Shown here in pieces: positions 1 through 11,359 of a stretch of 56,497 nt of DNA. How positions within the stretch are numbered: position 1 is the first letter of the stretch; each line of letters begins with the position of its first letter. The notes beneath the pieces were generated by a model. It did not search any database. It had not been told where the DNA came from and saw only the letters and a list, made by a program, of their open reading frames with translations. Origin of the DNA: Girardia tigrina (lineage: Eukaryota); the NCBI GenBank assembly GCA_001938485.1, contig MQRK01183317.1, positions 1-56,497 of the forward strand. Reading direction: 5' to 3'. The translations under genes were made by a program, and so were the position numbers.

Positions 1-1
1 A

Positions 2-215
2 TGTGAGGAATATTTTAAATTTGGTATGTTGAAATTGGTTTGTTGAATTTTGTATGTTGAGTTTAGTATTTGGAAATGTGTTTCTCCCACCCAGATAGAA
101 AATTGATATTTTAGATGTTTACGATAAATAATTATTCGAGTATAATTTATATAATTTATATTTTAAAGTACAACATAAGATATTTAAAAACATTAAAAAA
201 TATTAAATCTTTTCA
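2..215 (+). repeat. LTR-like interspersed repeat family A (starts TGTGAGGAATATT); runs into an N gap
   Basis: Near-identical copies at 55271-55500 (+) and 5322-5558 (-), with a diverged partial copy at 3059-3165; TG start as in Gypsy LTRs. Confidence 0.65.
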
Positions 216-358
216 ANNNNNNNNNNNNNNNNNNNNNNNNNNNNNNNNNNNNNNNNNNNNNNNNNNNNNNNNNNNNNNNNNNNNNNNNNNNNNNNNNNNN
301 NNNNNNNNNNNNNNNNNNNNNNNNNNNNNNNNNNNNNNNNNNNNNNNNNNNNNNNNNN

Positions 359-503
359 AATAATTGTTTATTAACAAACACTAATAAAAAATTATCAATT
401 TAGAACGATGTCGAATGACGAGAGTTTCGCTGAGAGTTGTCCAAAAGACAATTCTGATTGTAATGAAAATAAAAGTTCGAAAAGACATGTTTGTGTTCTT
501 AAT
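359..503 (+). repeat. Duplicated segment, possibly a small exon (MSNDESFAESCPKDNSDCNENK after TTTAG)
   Basis: About 90% identical to 55615-55760; open frame follows an AG acceptor in both copies. Confidence 0.45.
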
Positions 504-1298
504 AAGTGTTCTTAACATAAATATACTGAAATACAAATACTGATAAGTCATTTATTAATATTGTTAGTTTTACGAATTGAATATATAATTTTATTTTCTT
601 CTTAGTTACAATAATTTTACAGAATTATATTCAATATTTTATAAAATTTAGTTTAAAATAAATTTCAAAACCTACAGAATTTAACTATAAATAAATTTCA
701 AGGTTAATTAACATTTAAAAAATCAATTATTACACAAGTAGTTTCAACTTAAATTTTCAGCAAAATATCATTAAATTATTTTTGAGAATTAACTTTTTTT
801 TAATTAATTAAATATATTTTTAATTATAATACTTTTCAAAAACTTTTGATTTTGGATATTTTCTTATTTTAAATATTCAAAAATTTTAAGAGTGCGCCAG
901 ATCCTCACAATTTATAAGCTTTAATAAAATATATCGATATTGTCATTCAAAACGATTATATCTTTTTGTCAAGAATAAGAGAGGTACAAATATAAATAAA
1001 GATAACATAAATAAATAAAGATTTTTATTTTAAATTCCGAAACAGTCACCGAAGACATGATAGACATCACGTACAATAAATGTATTTAATTAATTTAACT
1101 TTTAATTTTCTTTTCACTTAGTAATTATTTATAAACCAAAAAACAATTAACTTTTGCAAATGTGTAAACTTTGCGATAGTTGGCATTTAGGTAAAAGTTT
1201 TTGTGTTTGGCTTTCAAAACAAATTTAAGCAAAAAGTAATTAAAATAAATTACATTCTTAAGTTATCTGCTAAACTGACTTTTATAATAAACTTTATT

Positions 1299-1818
1299 AT
1301 GTTTACGATTTCCTTATCATTTTTTATGATGACTATTGGGAACGTTAATGGTACTTAATGTTTATTTTTTATTTTAACTTGCATCATTTCAGGGGAATAC
1401 GGAGTCAAAGATGGATCTGAATATGTTCCGAGTCATTTGTTCTATTACTTCAATGTATCTACAAAAGAAACATTATCGAAGGAAATTAAAATAAATATTT
1501 CGGTAACAAGGATGACAGGGACATTATTATATATAATTGATAAAGAAGCAAATCAAGTAGTTGTATCTTTGTCTGAAGATGTCGAAGAAAGAATGAAGAT
1601 CGAATACAGAGGAGAAGAAAACTATTATAGTTTGCATGAATTATGTTAGAAAGAGAAAATTGTTTGAATGATTTTGAACGTATTTTTAGGTGGATGTGAT
1701 CGATGCCGATTTAGATCTCTTATTTTTCAATTTATGTTTACTGGGGGTTCTTATATTCGATGCAATAATGGACTCGCAAAACAAATCAGAATGAATAATA
1801 ATAAATTGATAAATAAAG
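1299..1818 (+). CDS. Paralogue A (5' part) of a LamG/EGF neurexin-like surface protein; exons 1299-1350, 1393-1644, 1690-1818
   Basis: Splicing the GT-AG introns 1351-1392 (42 nt) and 1645-1689 (45 nt) gives an open frame MFTISLSFFMMTIGNVNG-EYGVKDG...GTLLYIIDKE...LHELCGCDRCRFR...RCNNG; hydrophobic signal peptide; same intron positions as the paralogue at 28415-27907. Confidence 0.75.
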
Positions 1819-2117
1819 GTTTAAACTCCTGATGCTCATATATCGCTTTATAATATTTTGTTAGGCATAAAATTTATCCAAAGTAGTTCAACATTTTTTC
1901 TAAATTCATATAATTTTGTTGTCATTTTTACTTAGACAATTTGAGACATAAAATAAATGCAATTTTTTTAATTAAGAAGTAAAGAATTTAAATTACCATT
2001 TTAAAATATTAATAATTGTTGGTGTAATTGTATCATTTTCAAACAGGTTTTGAAAAATTCAGTTTACATTATAGTAAAATTTTATTCAAAAATATTAAAA
2101 AAAATATATATTAAATG

Positions 2118-2850
2118 TGTGAGAAGTGGTTGCAACATTAATATCAGAATTCATTTTTTAACACCAAAATTTATTAATATAACAATTCACATATTTAAAC
2201 AAATTTTTCTATTAATTTAATTATCCCCTATTGTTTTCTGAAAAGTTGCATTTAATGTGAATTCTATTTCCGGTAGTAGTTCTCCCAGTCTGATCCTTTC
2301 TTTGTATGTAACGATGCGTTTAAATATTCTCTAATCGTCCGAAATTGTCTTTCTACTATTCCATTCGCGTTTATATTCATTAATTCTGTCATGTCTTTAA
2401 TTACCTTCGATTCGAATGTCTTGCCACAATCTGTATGTATTTCCTTCAGTGCTCCAAATCTCAATATCCATTTTGTCATTATGGTGTCTTTTAGGGTTAT
2501 TTCATTCTGCTTGCTAATGGCTGTCAAAGATATGTACCTACTAAACTGATCTATGATTACAACAATATACTTTTTTCTTCTCCAAGTCTCCTTTAGTGGT
2601 CCGCATATGTCTATGTACACTTTCTTAAATAGTTCATTTGCGACCAGTATCACCCGTTTTTCCTTCATAGTGGTCGTTAATGTTTTACTTTTTTAGCATG
2701 CTTCACATTGTACAATTGCTTCTTTTAATTTTCATCATTTTTAATTTTAAAATATTTAGTAGGCATATTAACATTAAAATATTTTACCTTTTAAATTAAA
2801 ATAATAATAAATTATTCTGGCTAGTTGCAAATTTAAATTAACCCCTCATA
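2118..2850 (-). mobile_element. Internally deleted Gypsy element: LTR-B 5' part + integrase core fragment + LTR-B 3' part
   Basis: Integrase motifs IDICGPL...IIDQFSRY...FGALKEIHTDCG...NGIVERQFRT (2264-2668); ends match the two ends of the solo LTR at 18200-18654; flanks AAATG/AAATA (imperfect TSD). Confidence 0.75.
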
Positions 2851-3569
2851 AAATACTAGAAAACCTTAAAAACAATCAAGTTAAAAAAGAGATTGAAAAA
2901 TTAAAAAATATAAAGTGTAAAATTTTAGTAACGTAAAATGAAAAGTTCTTTAAAATTACTATTAATTCATGAAATTTATGAATAATTCTAAACAAGACTT
3001 TTATTTGAGGTCATATAAAATACTCTGACGACATACGTTTCAAAGGAACAATTCTTCATGTGAGGAATATTTTAATTTTTTTGAAGGTGTAAATGTATAG
3101 ATGCAGTATGTTTATTTAATTATGTTGAATTTAGAATGGTGATTCTCCCACCCAGATGGAAATTCTCCTACTTCTACTATTGTAATATCTCTCGATATTT
3201 TTTTTGTATTTGTGTTGAATGAGCATTTCTTTTCTTTGGTAGTGTTGCGTTGTTTTTTTTTGTTGTCATTATCCGTGTAATGGAGGTTTTTCCGTTTTCT
3301 TAGGGGGGGACTGTTGTGATACCTCACCTTGGTGCAATGAAACATGTTAATGATTTTACACTACTGTATTGTTTTCTCTGTGCTCTTTTTGCTTGTAATC
3401 ATTTTTCTTGGAGTGTTCATGTTCTTTCTTTTGTGTGTTTTGTGTATGTAATGGCTTTTATTGTCGTATAACCTTTGAGTCTCCACTAGAACCACAATGA
3501 TTTTTGTTTTCATCATTTTTGATTTGTTTTTCATCTACGTGATCGCTGAGGTGGAAAGGCAATTAAGAT

Positions 3570-3860
3570 TCATGAAGAAAGTCGTCAAAATGGAAAAATC
3601 AAAGAGTTCAAAGGCCTGAAAGAAAGAAAAGGAAGAATGATCACCATTGTGAACCTTGAAAAGTGTCAATTCATAGTAGAAAAGACAAAATTTTTAGGAT
3701 ATATCATGAGCAAAGAAGGTATAGAGACGGATAAAACGAAAATTGAAGCAATCGAAAAATTTCAAAATCCTTCATACATTAAACATTTAAGAAGTTTCTT
3801 GAGGCTAATGAACTATTATAGAAAATTTTTGAAGGATTATGCAAAATTTAAAAAATTAAT
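3570..3860 (+). mobile_element. Gypsy reverse transcriptase C-terminal fragment
   Basis: NLEKCQF...KFLGYIMSKEGIETD...HLRSFLRLMNYYRKF. Confidence 0.8.
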
Positions 3861-4266
3861 TTATAAAAGATACTTAAATTAACTCATTTATTTTTTAAAT
3901 TTTATTTTATTTATTTTTTAAAATTAATTCTATCGACAAAAATAATTATCTTTATATTTTAAATATCATCGATATACGCATTATTTAGACCTTTTAAAAA
4001 CATAAATAAATTCTAATTTAACCAAAGAATATTATGTTTCCCGAATGTATTTCACACATCTTATATGGCAAGCGCGCACCAGTAACAGAATTGACTCAAA
4101 TAACAATCTTTCAAAAATGAACCCTAGTAAAGGGTTCAATAAAAATCAGTTTCTTGCGTTTCATCATTTAAAATTATATTTCAAATGTCAATTTAAAATT
4201 TTTTAAATCATTACCTTATCTTACTAACACAAATCCAAAATATAATATCAGGCTTTTTCATATATA

Positions 4267-4483
4267 CCGTATTTTCGTGCATATAACCCGCATATTTTTT
4301 TTCTTCGCCAGGGGAATTTGGAATATGTAAATCACATATTATCCACTGTTTATCATCGTGTAATGTTATTTGCTATCGTTTAAATTATTTTTAGGATACA
4401 CCACCCACTTTTATACCCTACGAGTAGCGTGGTGTGTAGATAAAATCATTTATGACCCGCGGGTTATATGCGCGAAAATACGG
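4267..4483. mobile_element. MITE of the Tc1/mariner superfamily (Tc2/pogo-like CCGTA ends)
   Basis: TIRs CCGTATTTTCGTGCATATAACCCGC / GCGGGTTATATGCGCGAAAATACGG, flanked by TA on both sides. Confidence 0.8.
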
Positions 4484-4561
4484 TATTGTATAATTTTCAT
4501 TGAAAAAGCACAAATAATATTTTATTACATACATAGATTGTGAGAGAGACACTTTAAATGC

Positions 4562-5321
4562 TTGCTGTTTAAAAATGCCTATAAAACAATATTTCCTCTA
4601 AAATATCATATCAAAACAATCAGAATACCTCAGAATACAATCAGAAAACATCAATCAACCCTTAGGTTTTGGATTCGCCACCTTAAAGCAACTAACAAAG
4701 AAAATCGCATACTTTGAAAATATTCTTCAAAAATGCATTTGTATAAGTTACAATTAATTTTCGATTCAGAATAATCTTTCTCATGGAAGAATATAATGTA
4801 CACTTTTGATAACGCATGGAAATTTCATTTTAAATAAAGTTAATTTTTTTGATGTTTAAAAGATTTAATTCTTAATTAAAATTATACTAATAATTTTATT
4901 TACACATTATTATTATGATGGGTTTAGTTGATAAATAATCTATTTTATTGAAATTCGTTGAGAATGTTTTTCTCTCTCGTTTAGTGTATTTTTTGCACAA
5001 TAATTGTTAACGAAATTAGTTGATCATATCTTTAATGTATAATATCTAATTTATGTTTGTTTTTACATTCATTTCTATCGGCTGACACTGAAGACATCCT
5101 GAAATCAAATTAGTAATATCTTTATCGGATAACTGATATTATAATAAAACTGATAATATAACTGATATATATTATCCTGAAATCAAATTAGTAATATCTT
5201 TTAGGTGAATCCAAAACCTAAGGGTTGATTGATGTTTTCTGATTGTATTCTGAGGTATTCTGATTGTTTTGATATGATATTTTAGAGGAAATATTGTTTT
5301 ATAGGCATTTTTAAACAGCAA
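4562..5321. repeat. Foldback-like element with about 115-bp near-perfect inverted repeats
   Basis: 4562-4676 is the reverse complement of 5207-5321; internal 26-bp direct repeat at 5098 and 5176. Confidence 0.75.
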
Positions 5322-5558
5322 TATTTATTTTATTTAAATTTTAATATGAAAATTTGAATTGATTTAATATTTTTAATGTTTTTAAATATCTTATGCTGTA
5401 CTTTAAAATGTAAATTATATTCAAATAATTATCTATCATGAACATCCAATATATCAATTTTCCATCTGGGTGGGAGAAACACATTTCCAAATACTAAACT
5501 CAACATACAAAATTCAACAAACCAATTTCAACATACCAAATTTATAATATTCCTCACA
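5322..5558 (-). repeat. LTR-like repeat family A copy
   Basis: Reverse complement of 2-215 and 55271-55500. Confidence 0.7.
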
Positions 5559-5560
5559 GT

Positions 5561-5670
5561 TGTAACACAAATATTTTTCTCTAATAACTCCAGAACTCTC
5601 GTTAATTAGTCGCATTATTTACACTACTCGACACAAATTCTATTTTTAACTCTATACTAAGTTTCTTACA
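5561..5670. repeat. Short LTR-like unit (TGTAA...TTACA)
   Basis: TG...CA with 5-bp inverted ends; the same TGTAACACAAATAT start occurs at about 28588. Confidence 0.35.
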
Positions 5671-5809
5671 TATCTTTTTAATAATTGACTACCTTCGTCT
5701 CAAAAACAACTCAGAATTCATCTTCGTACTTACTCTTGATCTTTCGTTAATTACGTCTCTTTTTTTCCGATTTTAATTCCCTCGTCCCTCTGATGGCCAT
5801 TTCTCTCTC

Positions 5810-5884
5810 CCATTGACCATGAATGTCTCCACAAAATTTTGTAGGTGCTGAAATTTCGTAGCACTTCATCTCAAAAATCTCGTT
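5810..5884 (-). pseudogene. PPP-family Ser/Thr phosphatase fragment fused in frame to the PPIH fragment
   Basis: [15 protein letters not shown] resembles PP1 ELEAPLKICGDIHGQ (GDxHG motif at 5830-5816). Confidence 0.65.
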
Positions 5885-6088
5885 GCCAATTGGAACTCCA
5901 TCTCTACGGTATTTGCCCGTACAGAATTGATGGAAATTATCCGCAGTTTTTGGGACAATATCGGCAAATAATTCGAACTGTATTCTGCCAATATCCTGAC
6001 CACCAACACTGACATCGAAAAATACGACTGGATTTGACGGATTTCCCATTTGAGACGCAACAATAGGTAAGACGATTTCTTCGGACAT
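5885..6088 (-). pseudogene. PPIH: Cyclophilin H (spliceosomal PPIase) N-terminal fragment, intronless and truncated
   Basis: [50 protein letters not shown] matches the PPIH-type N-terminus; it stops before the FHRVI catalytic core. Confidence 0.85.
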
Positions 6089-6347
6089 TTTTACATGATT
6101 ATCTCCAAATTTCTTCATAAAATAATCCACATTAAGTATATAGCCAAAAGACAAATGTAACTGTTCTTATAAATTATACATTCAATCTCAGTAATAAAAA
6201 ATAAATAAATCTTGCTCTAATTATCTTTATTGGATATCAAAAATACAAAACTGATTCGTTAAAACAAACGAATTTAAATTCCCAAAATAAATTATTATTA
6301 TAACCTATATGGCATATATATATAAAATTTTTATTAACATTTTTTTA

Positions 6348-6450
6348 TGTATTACTGTTTTATTTTTCACAATTTTAATAAGAATTTTAATTTATTCTGA
6401 AACAACGTCATTCACCCAAGATACCCACGAATTATTATCACACTCCCCCG
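6348..6450 (-). mobile_element. Polypurine tract plus short 3' LTR-like unit
   Basis: Minus strand reads GGGGGAG-TGTGATAA...TAACA. Confidence 0.4.
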
Positions 6451-6854
6451 TGATATCAGTCATTCCCCATTTTGCTACGAACAAGTAACAAATTTTCTAA
6501 ACAATAATAAACACGCAAATTTTTTGACATTGGAAATAATCTTCACACAATACGTATTAAATACCAGAAGTAAAAAGAGTAAAAATCTAAACTACTCTAG
6601 GAGAATAAAAAAAAGGAGGAGCAAAAAAGACAATAAAACTTATACTTGATGAGACCGAAGAAGACTGTTTATCGCTTAGAGACCTTGGAGCTTATGCCAT
6701 GTCAAAGGTTGTTGATTCACCGAACCCGAACTGGTCGGAATCGCCACGTATTAAAAAAGATCCAAGTTTTCGATTTCGAGAGATGTCACTAAAAGAGGTG
6801 ACACTAATACTAAAAATCACTTTGAATGCTGGGATTTCAAATATAACATATACG

Positions 6855-7180
6855 AACATTGAGTCTTGTGACCCAAGCTGCTAGTGTACTTCTTTTCTTT
6901 TTAACAAAATAATAAATACAGTTTTTATTCCGACACGTTGGCGAAAATTCCTCACAGTCATGATATGTAAACCTGAGGAAACAGATGTTCCCTTGATAAT
7001 CACCAGATAAATACAACTCAGCGAATCAAATTTGTTATCCGACCAAGTGTTGAGAAAGTTGAAGCATCTCACTTTGAAATTTAAATTACAAAATCTCATG
7101 TCAGACACGTTTTGCGAACTGAAAGATCTCGATGTACTCAACTTGCGTTACAATTATTCAAATTTCCAATTACACAAATA
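6855..7180 (+). pseudogene. Leucine-rich-repeat protein remnant
   Basis: CDPSC*C cap-like motif, then LRKLKHLTLKF..QNLMSDTFCELKDLDVLNLRYN (LxxLxxLxLxxN); contains stops and frameshifts. Confidence 0.5.
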
Positions 7181-8425
7181 AGGAAACACCACGGTTGAGG
7201 ACCGGAAAATATCTTTTTCTTTAATACGGATAGTCAAATAATTTAGTACAATTGAAATTTTCGTTAGGATTTTCGTAGGCTTTCAAGAATGTAATGTATA
7301 GAGTATTGATAATATCTTGTAGATATATTCACTTAGGTTTTAATAAATTAATTTCTTCTTCCAATTTATTTCCGTCTACTTGGATAAATTTTCAATCTTT
7401 TTAATACCTTATTTGCTATATCGATTTTTTTTTAAAAATTTAAATTTGTACACCTAATTGGGTGTTTAAAACAAATAAAAATATTGTATAAAAAATATTA
7501 AATAAAATCTTTTCAAATTTTATCTAAAAAACAGATTTTGACTGATTCCTGATAAAATTACAATCTATTGGAATTTTTGATAAAAACAAAAAAATATTAT
7601 GTATAACATACACAAATAAAACACACGTATAAACTTCTACACAAAATAAATAAAAACATACCGTAACCGATTATAATAACATTTTTTTCTGAAATCATAA
7701 TATCAAATTCAGTTACGAGTCAAATGATGAATTACTGACTTTATCATTTATCTACGATTGTTAAAAAATGGAATATTACAGTAACAAATATGTACAAAAA
7801 CATTCACTTAATAATTTCATGGACTAACTCATCATCATATTTGTACATGAGTAAAATAATATTGCAATACATATGAATCAAAAAACATAAACGTTTCATA
7901 CATTTTTCCTTCTGAACCCCTGAACGACCAGTTGTGCGGCACTCACGCTTACCTACCTGAAAATAACGCTAAATTTTGCGATTTCTGTTTGGAGTAATTT
8001 TTAAACTAAAACACTTGATCAGAAAAATTTCCATTTAAACATTTTCGGAAATCTCCTCGTTAATAAATGCGAATATCGTTTATATAATATTTATAGAAAT
8101 TAAAAATTACAAACTTTACAAAGTTAAATTATGAGATAAAAATGGAAAATTTAAAGTAAAATTTAATCTAGTAAATAAAAGATCAAAAATAAAGAACCAA
8201 AGTTTTGTGGATCGTCTTTGCTAAAACCATTAATGATCCGAACGTATAATACAAATATATAAATAAAGAACATCCATTAAGTATTCACAAAATTTAAATA
8301 AAATATATCAGAATATTTTTAGATTAATTAGAAAAAAGGTATTAAAAAAATAATTAAAAAACAATTTGAGAAAAAAAATTTTTTTTATGAAAAACAAGTT
8401 AATAAAAAGTCTAGTGACAATTTAA

Positions 8426-8987
8426 GCGCAATTTCCTTATGTTATTCGGTGCCCAAATATTTTACCGATCACAAGCCGATCGTCATGCAAATCAAGCGTC
8501 GTAGAGGATAAAAATTCATTTTTATTCATCTGTGTGGATGGATGGAAGTGTGTCCGCAGCTTTAAGTCGTATCTCCTCCTCAACGAAGCAATATCGAGGG
8601 CTAGTTCCAAAAAGTTTCTTAGGTATTTTTTTTCCAGCGTTTCTTAGGCATTTTATGACGGCTGCAAGTCTTGAATCAAGTCTGTGAAGAAAATAGAACG
8701 TTGAGACGTAATCGTTTAAAAACGTTTCGTTTCATTCTCACTTACCGATTTGAATCCTTGAAGAAACTTTAATTATGCGGATTTTAATCGAATTTTAACC
8801 AAAATGAATTTTAGAAAATTGTTTGTTGTTGCTACCTTTAATTCGAATATTGGATAATCCGACAGCACATCCATGAAAAAATTACCGAATTTGATCGGAT
8901 TACGATAATCCGTATAATCCGCACAAGTAAAAGCTTATATTCAGGAGAAGAGGGTCAATCTAGGGGTTTAATTTTCGTAAATTGCGC
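8426..8987. mobile_element. Non-autonomous DNA transposon with GCGCAATTT...AAATTGCGC ends
   Basis: Short TIRs flanked by TTAA/TAAA; subterminal 8534-8612 is repeated inverted at 9351-9433. Confidence 0.55.
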
Positions 8988-9109
8988 TAAAAAGCAACTT
9001 CATCAAGTAAACAATGTCCATATAAAATTAATTAAAATTAATTATTTAATCCATATGAAATTAATAGTTGTCTATTAATTATTAAAACGTTTATATAAGT
9101 ATTTGACTA

Positions 9110-9479
9110 TGATTAATTTTTTGTGACCGAACGAAAGGATATTTTTGAAAACTTTCTTCGGCAATATTGTTCTAAATTATTGTAGGAATCGATTGGTAAA
9201 TGTTTCAAGTCGCTAAGTGGTCTGGTTGCCGAGATATAGGCCAAAAACTGCATTTTTTCGAGGTTTTTTTGGCTTTTCCGGGAAATCCATGAAGGAATTC
9301 CTGGAATTTTTTTGGCCCACAATCATCCTCCAAACTTGCTTAACATATTTGCTTTCGGAACTAGCCCTCGATATTGCTTCGTTGAGGAGAAGATACGACT
9401 TAAAGCTGCGGACACACATCCATCCTTCCACACAGAAATAACCAATTAATAATCGCAATTGTCAGTATGGAAATTGCGC
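9110..9479 (-). mobile_element. Second, inverted partial copy of the same non-autonomous family
   Basis: Ends GGAAATTGCGC-TAAA at 9479; about 80 bp reverse-complement match to 8534-8612. Confidence 0.55.
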
Positions 9480-11359
9480 TAAAAATATTCGACGAAATTA
9501 TATCAAACAAAAATATTTTTCTTTGATCATCAAAAATAAATAAAAAACGATTATATTTTATTTACACAAACTGCAAGTAAATGACATATTTTATACATTT
9601 TTAAAAAAAATTAAAAATCAACAGAGACTTTTAAGTCAAAATGAATCTAGTAAATCAAAGATCAAGAAAAAGTCCAGGTAACCATATTTTGCTCAACATT
9701 GCGAAGTTCCGACACAATTTGTAATATGTATATTCCAAATAATTCGTATATAATTCGTAAAGTAACATATCTTATAAAAGACGCAATCGAAAATTTGCAC
9801 CACATTAACTTTTCCAGGAACTACACAATACGAGCAAAAATGTATTACTAAACTGAAATCGCTAACATTTTTATAAAAATTCTGATCTTTTATACAATAT
9901 CATTTGACGTTACCCAAGTATTTTACCACTTAATGATTCATAGGATCACTGAGACCTTTCTACAATGCATTGGCGGTTCATTGATGATTACTTACTAGTG
10001 ATTTATTTTTATTAAAACAGTGTTATTTTTTCACTTGAAAAGATCTTAACTTAGGTTATTAAAAGCTATGATGATATTGAGCATGTTCTAGAAAATGGAA
10101 GCTGTTATTATTGTGGGTGCCATCAGTCCCAGTTCTTCACAACAAGAAGTTTCTTAATGTTCTCCTTTGTAATCGCGTCGTCTGGAGGTTTGTTCCTTAC
10201 CTTGCTGCGTCAGTTACAAATGCATGATTCTGCTAAGGTAAAATAATTCATATTTTTAATTTAAAGATGAACAGAAACTTCCTTCCTCGTTGTTTGGTTT
10301 ACATTTCTTTAATCTTGCCAAATCAATTGGATTTGAAATGGGTTTCCTTTTGAAATAAAAACCGATTGACACTATATTTTTTAAGTTAACAAGAATCAAA
10401 GTATTTGTATACCCCTAAAAATAAAGATAAAATGATTATTATCGTATTTTTTGAAACATTAATATTATGTGTTGAATTCTTATTGAAAATCAAACGATTT
10501 TTAGCCATATTATTGATGGTTTTGCCCCGACAAGTTTTGAGAGTGCAGTTTCTTCGGATGTGCGTCTAAGCTATTTAATCAGGCTCCGTTTACCGTTTTG
10601 CTTCGAAATTTATTTGAAGAAAATCTTGATTGTAGATTTCTTTCTTGTAGATGTAATATTTTTTTTTCTTATGATATGGACTTGTTGGAAATATTTAGGA
10701 CATTCTTAATAAATGTTCCATATCTTTTGAGATTGATATAAGGCTGTAATGTGAAAGCAAGTTCTGTAGTCTCCCGAAGTACATATAATTTCTTTCTACT
10801 GAAAGAAGAAAGATCTATTGTAATTAGAGAAAAGCCTAAGTACGAAAGTTCGAGACGATCGAACCTTTTCATAGTTTTCATGTAAGAATACAACAACAAT
10901 TTTGCCAAAGAATATAAAAAAATTAACTTCTCAAAATCAATTATAAATTCAAAAGTATTTACCAAACAATAATTTAATATAGAAGCCACCGGGAATTCTA
11001 ACATGTGAATTTGATATCTCCCAAAAAGTGTTAGAGAATAAATGCAGTGCAAAATTTGGGAAAAAGTCTTCCAAAAAATATGTTGTATAAATAGAATTTT
11101 ATGAATAAAATAATATAAATATTTGAATGTCGGACAGTCGCAATTTGAGCTTATTATTTTGACGGTTCGGTCGCATCTGATTGAGATTCGTTGGTCAACG
11201 AATCCCCTAAAAAACAAATTTCACTTTTTGAGTTTTGTCTATGAGTTGCTGCTTTCCTAAAAAAATGTAATTTAATTGTAATTAGAAAAAGTAATTGATA
11301 AATTACAAAACTGTTTTTATTGCATAATATAAAACTAATTTTTGAATAATAAATTTTTT

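Noticed and set aside
115-381. ORFs spanning the N gap (also 50702-51121)
   Set aside because: Artefacts of N runs
1645-1649. Conserved TAG after LC in both paralogues (also 28084-28086) suggesting stop-codon reassignment
   Set aside because: Explained by a GTTAG splice donor; splicing restores the frame in both copies
3020-3060. Minus-strand TGAAGA...GAAACGTATGTC hammerhead-like motif
   Set aside because: Stem II is incomplete and cut by an LTR; too degenerate to call
9113-9458. Three overlapping ORFs
   Set aside because: They lie within a non-autonomous transposon copy and have no protein motifs
10669-11217. 182-aa minus-strand ORF
   Set aside because: No recognisable domain; it may contain small host exons, but I could not build a supported model
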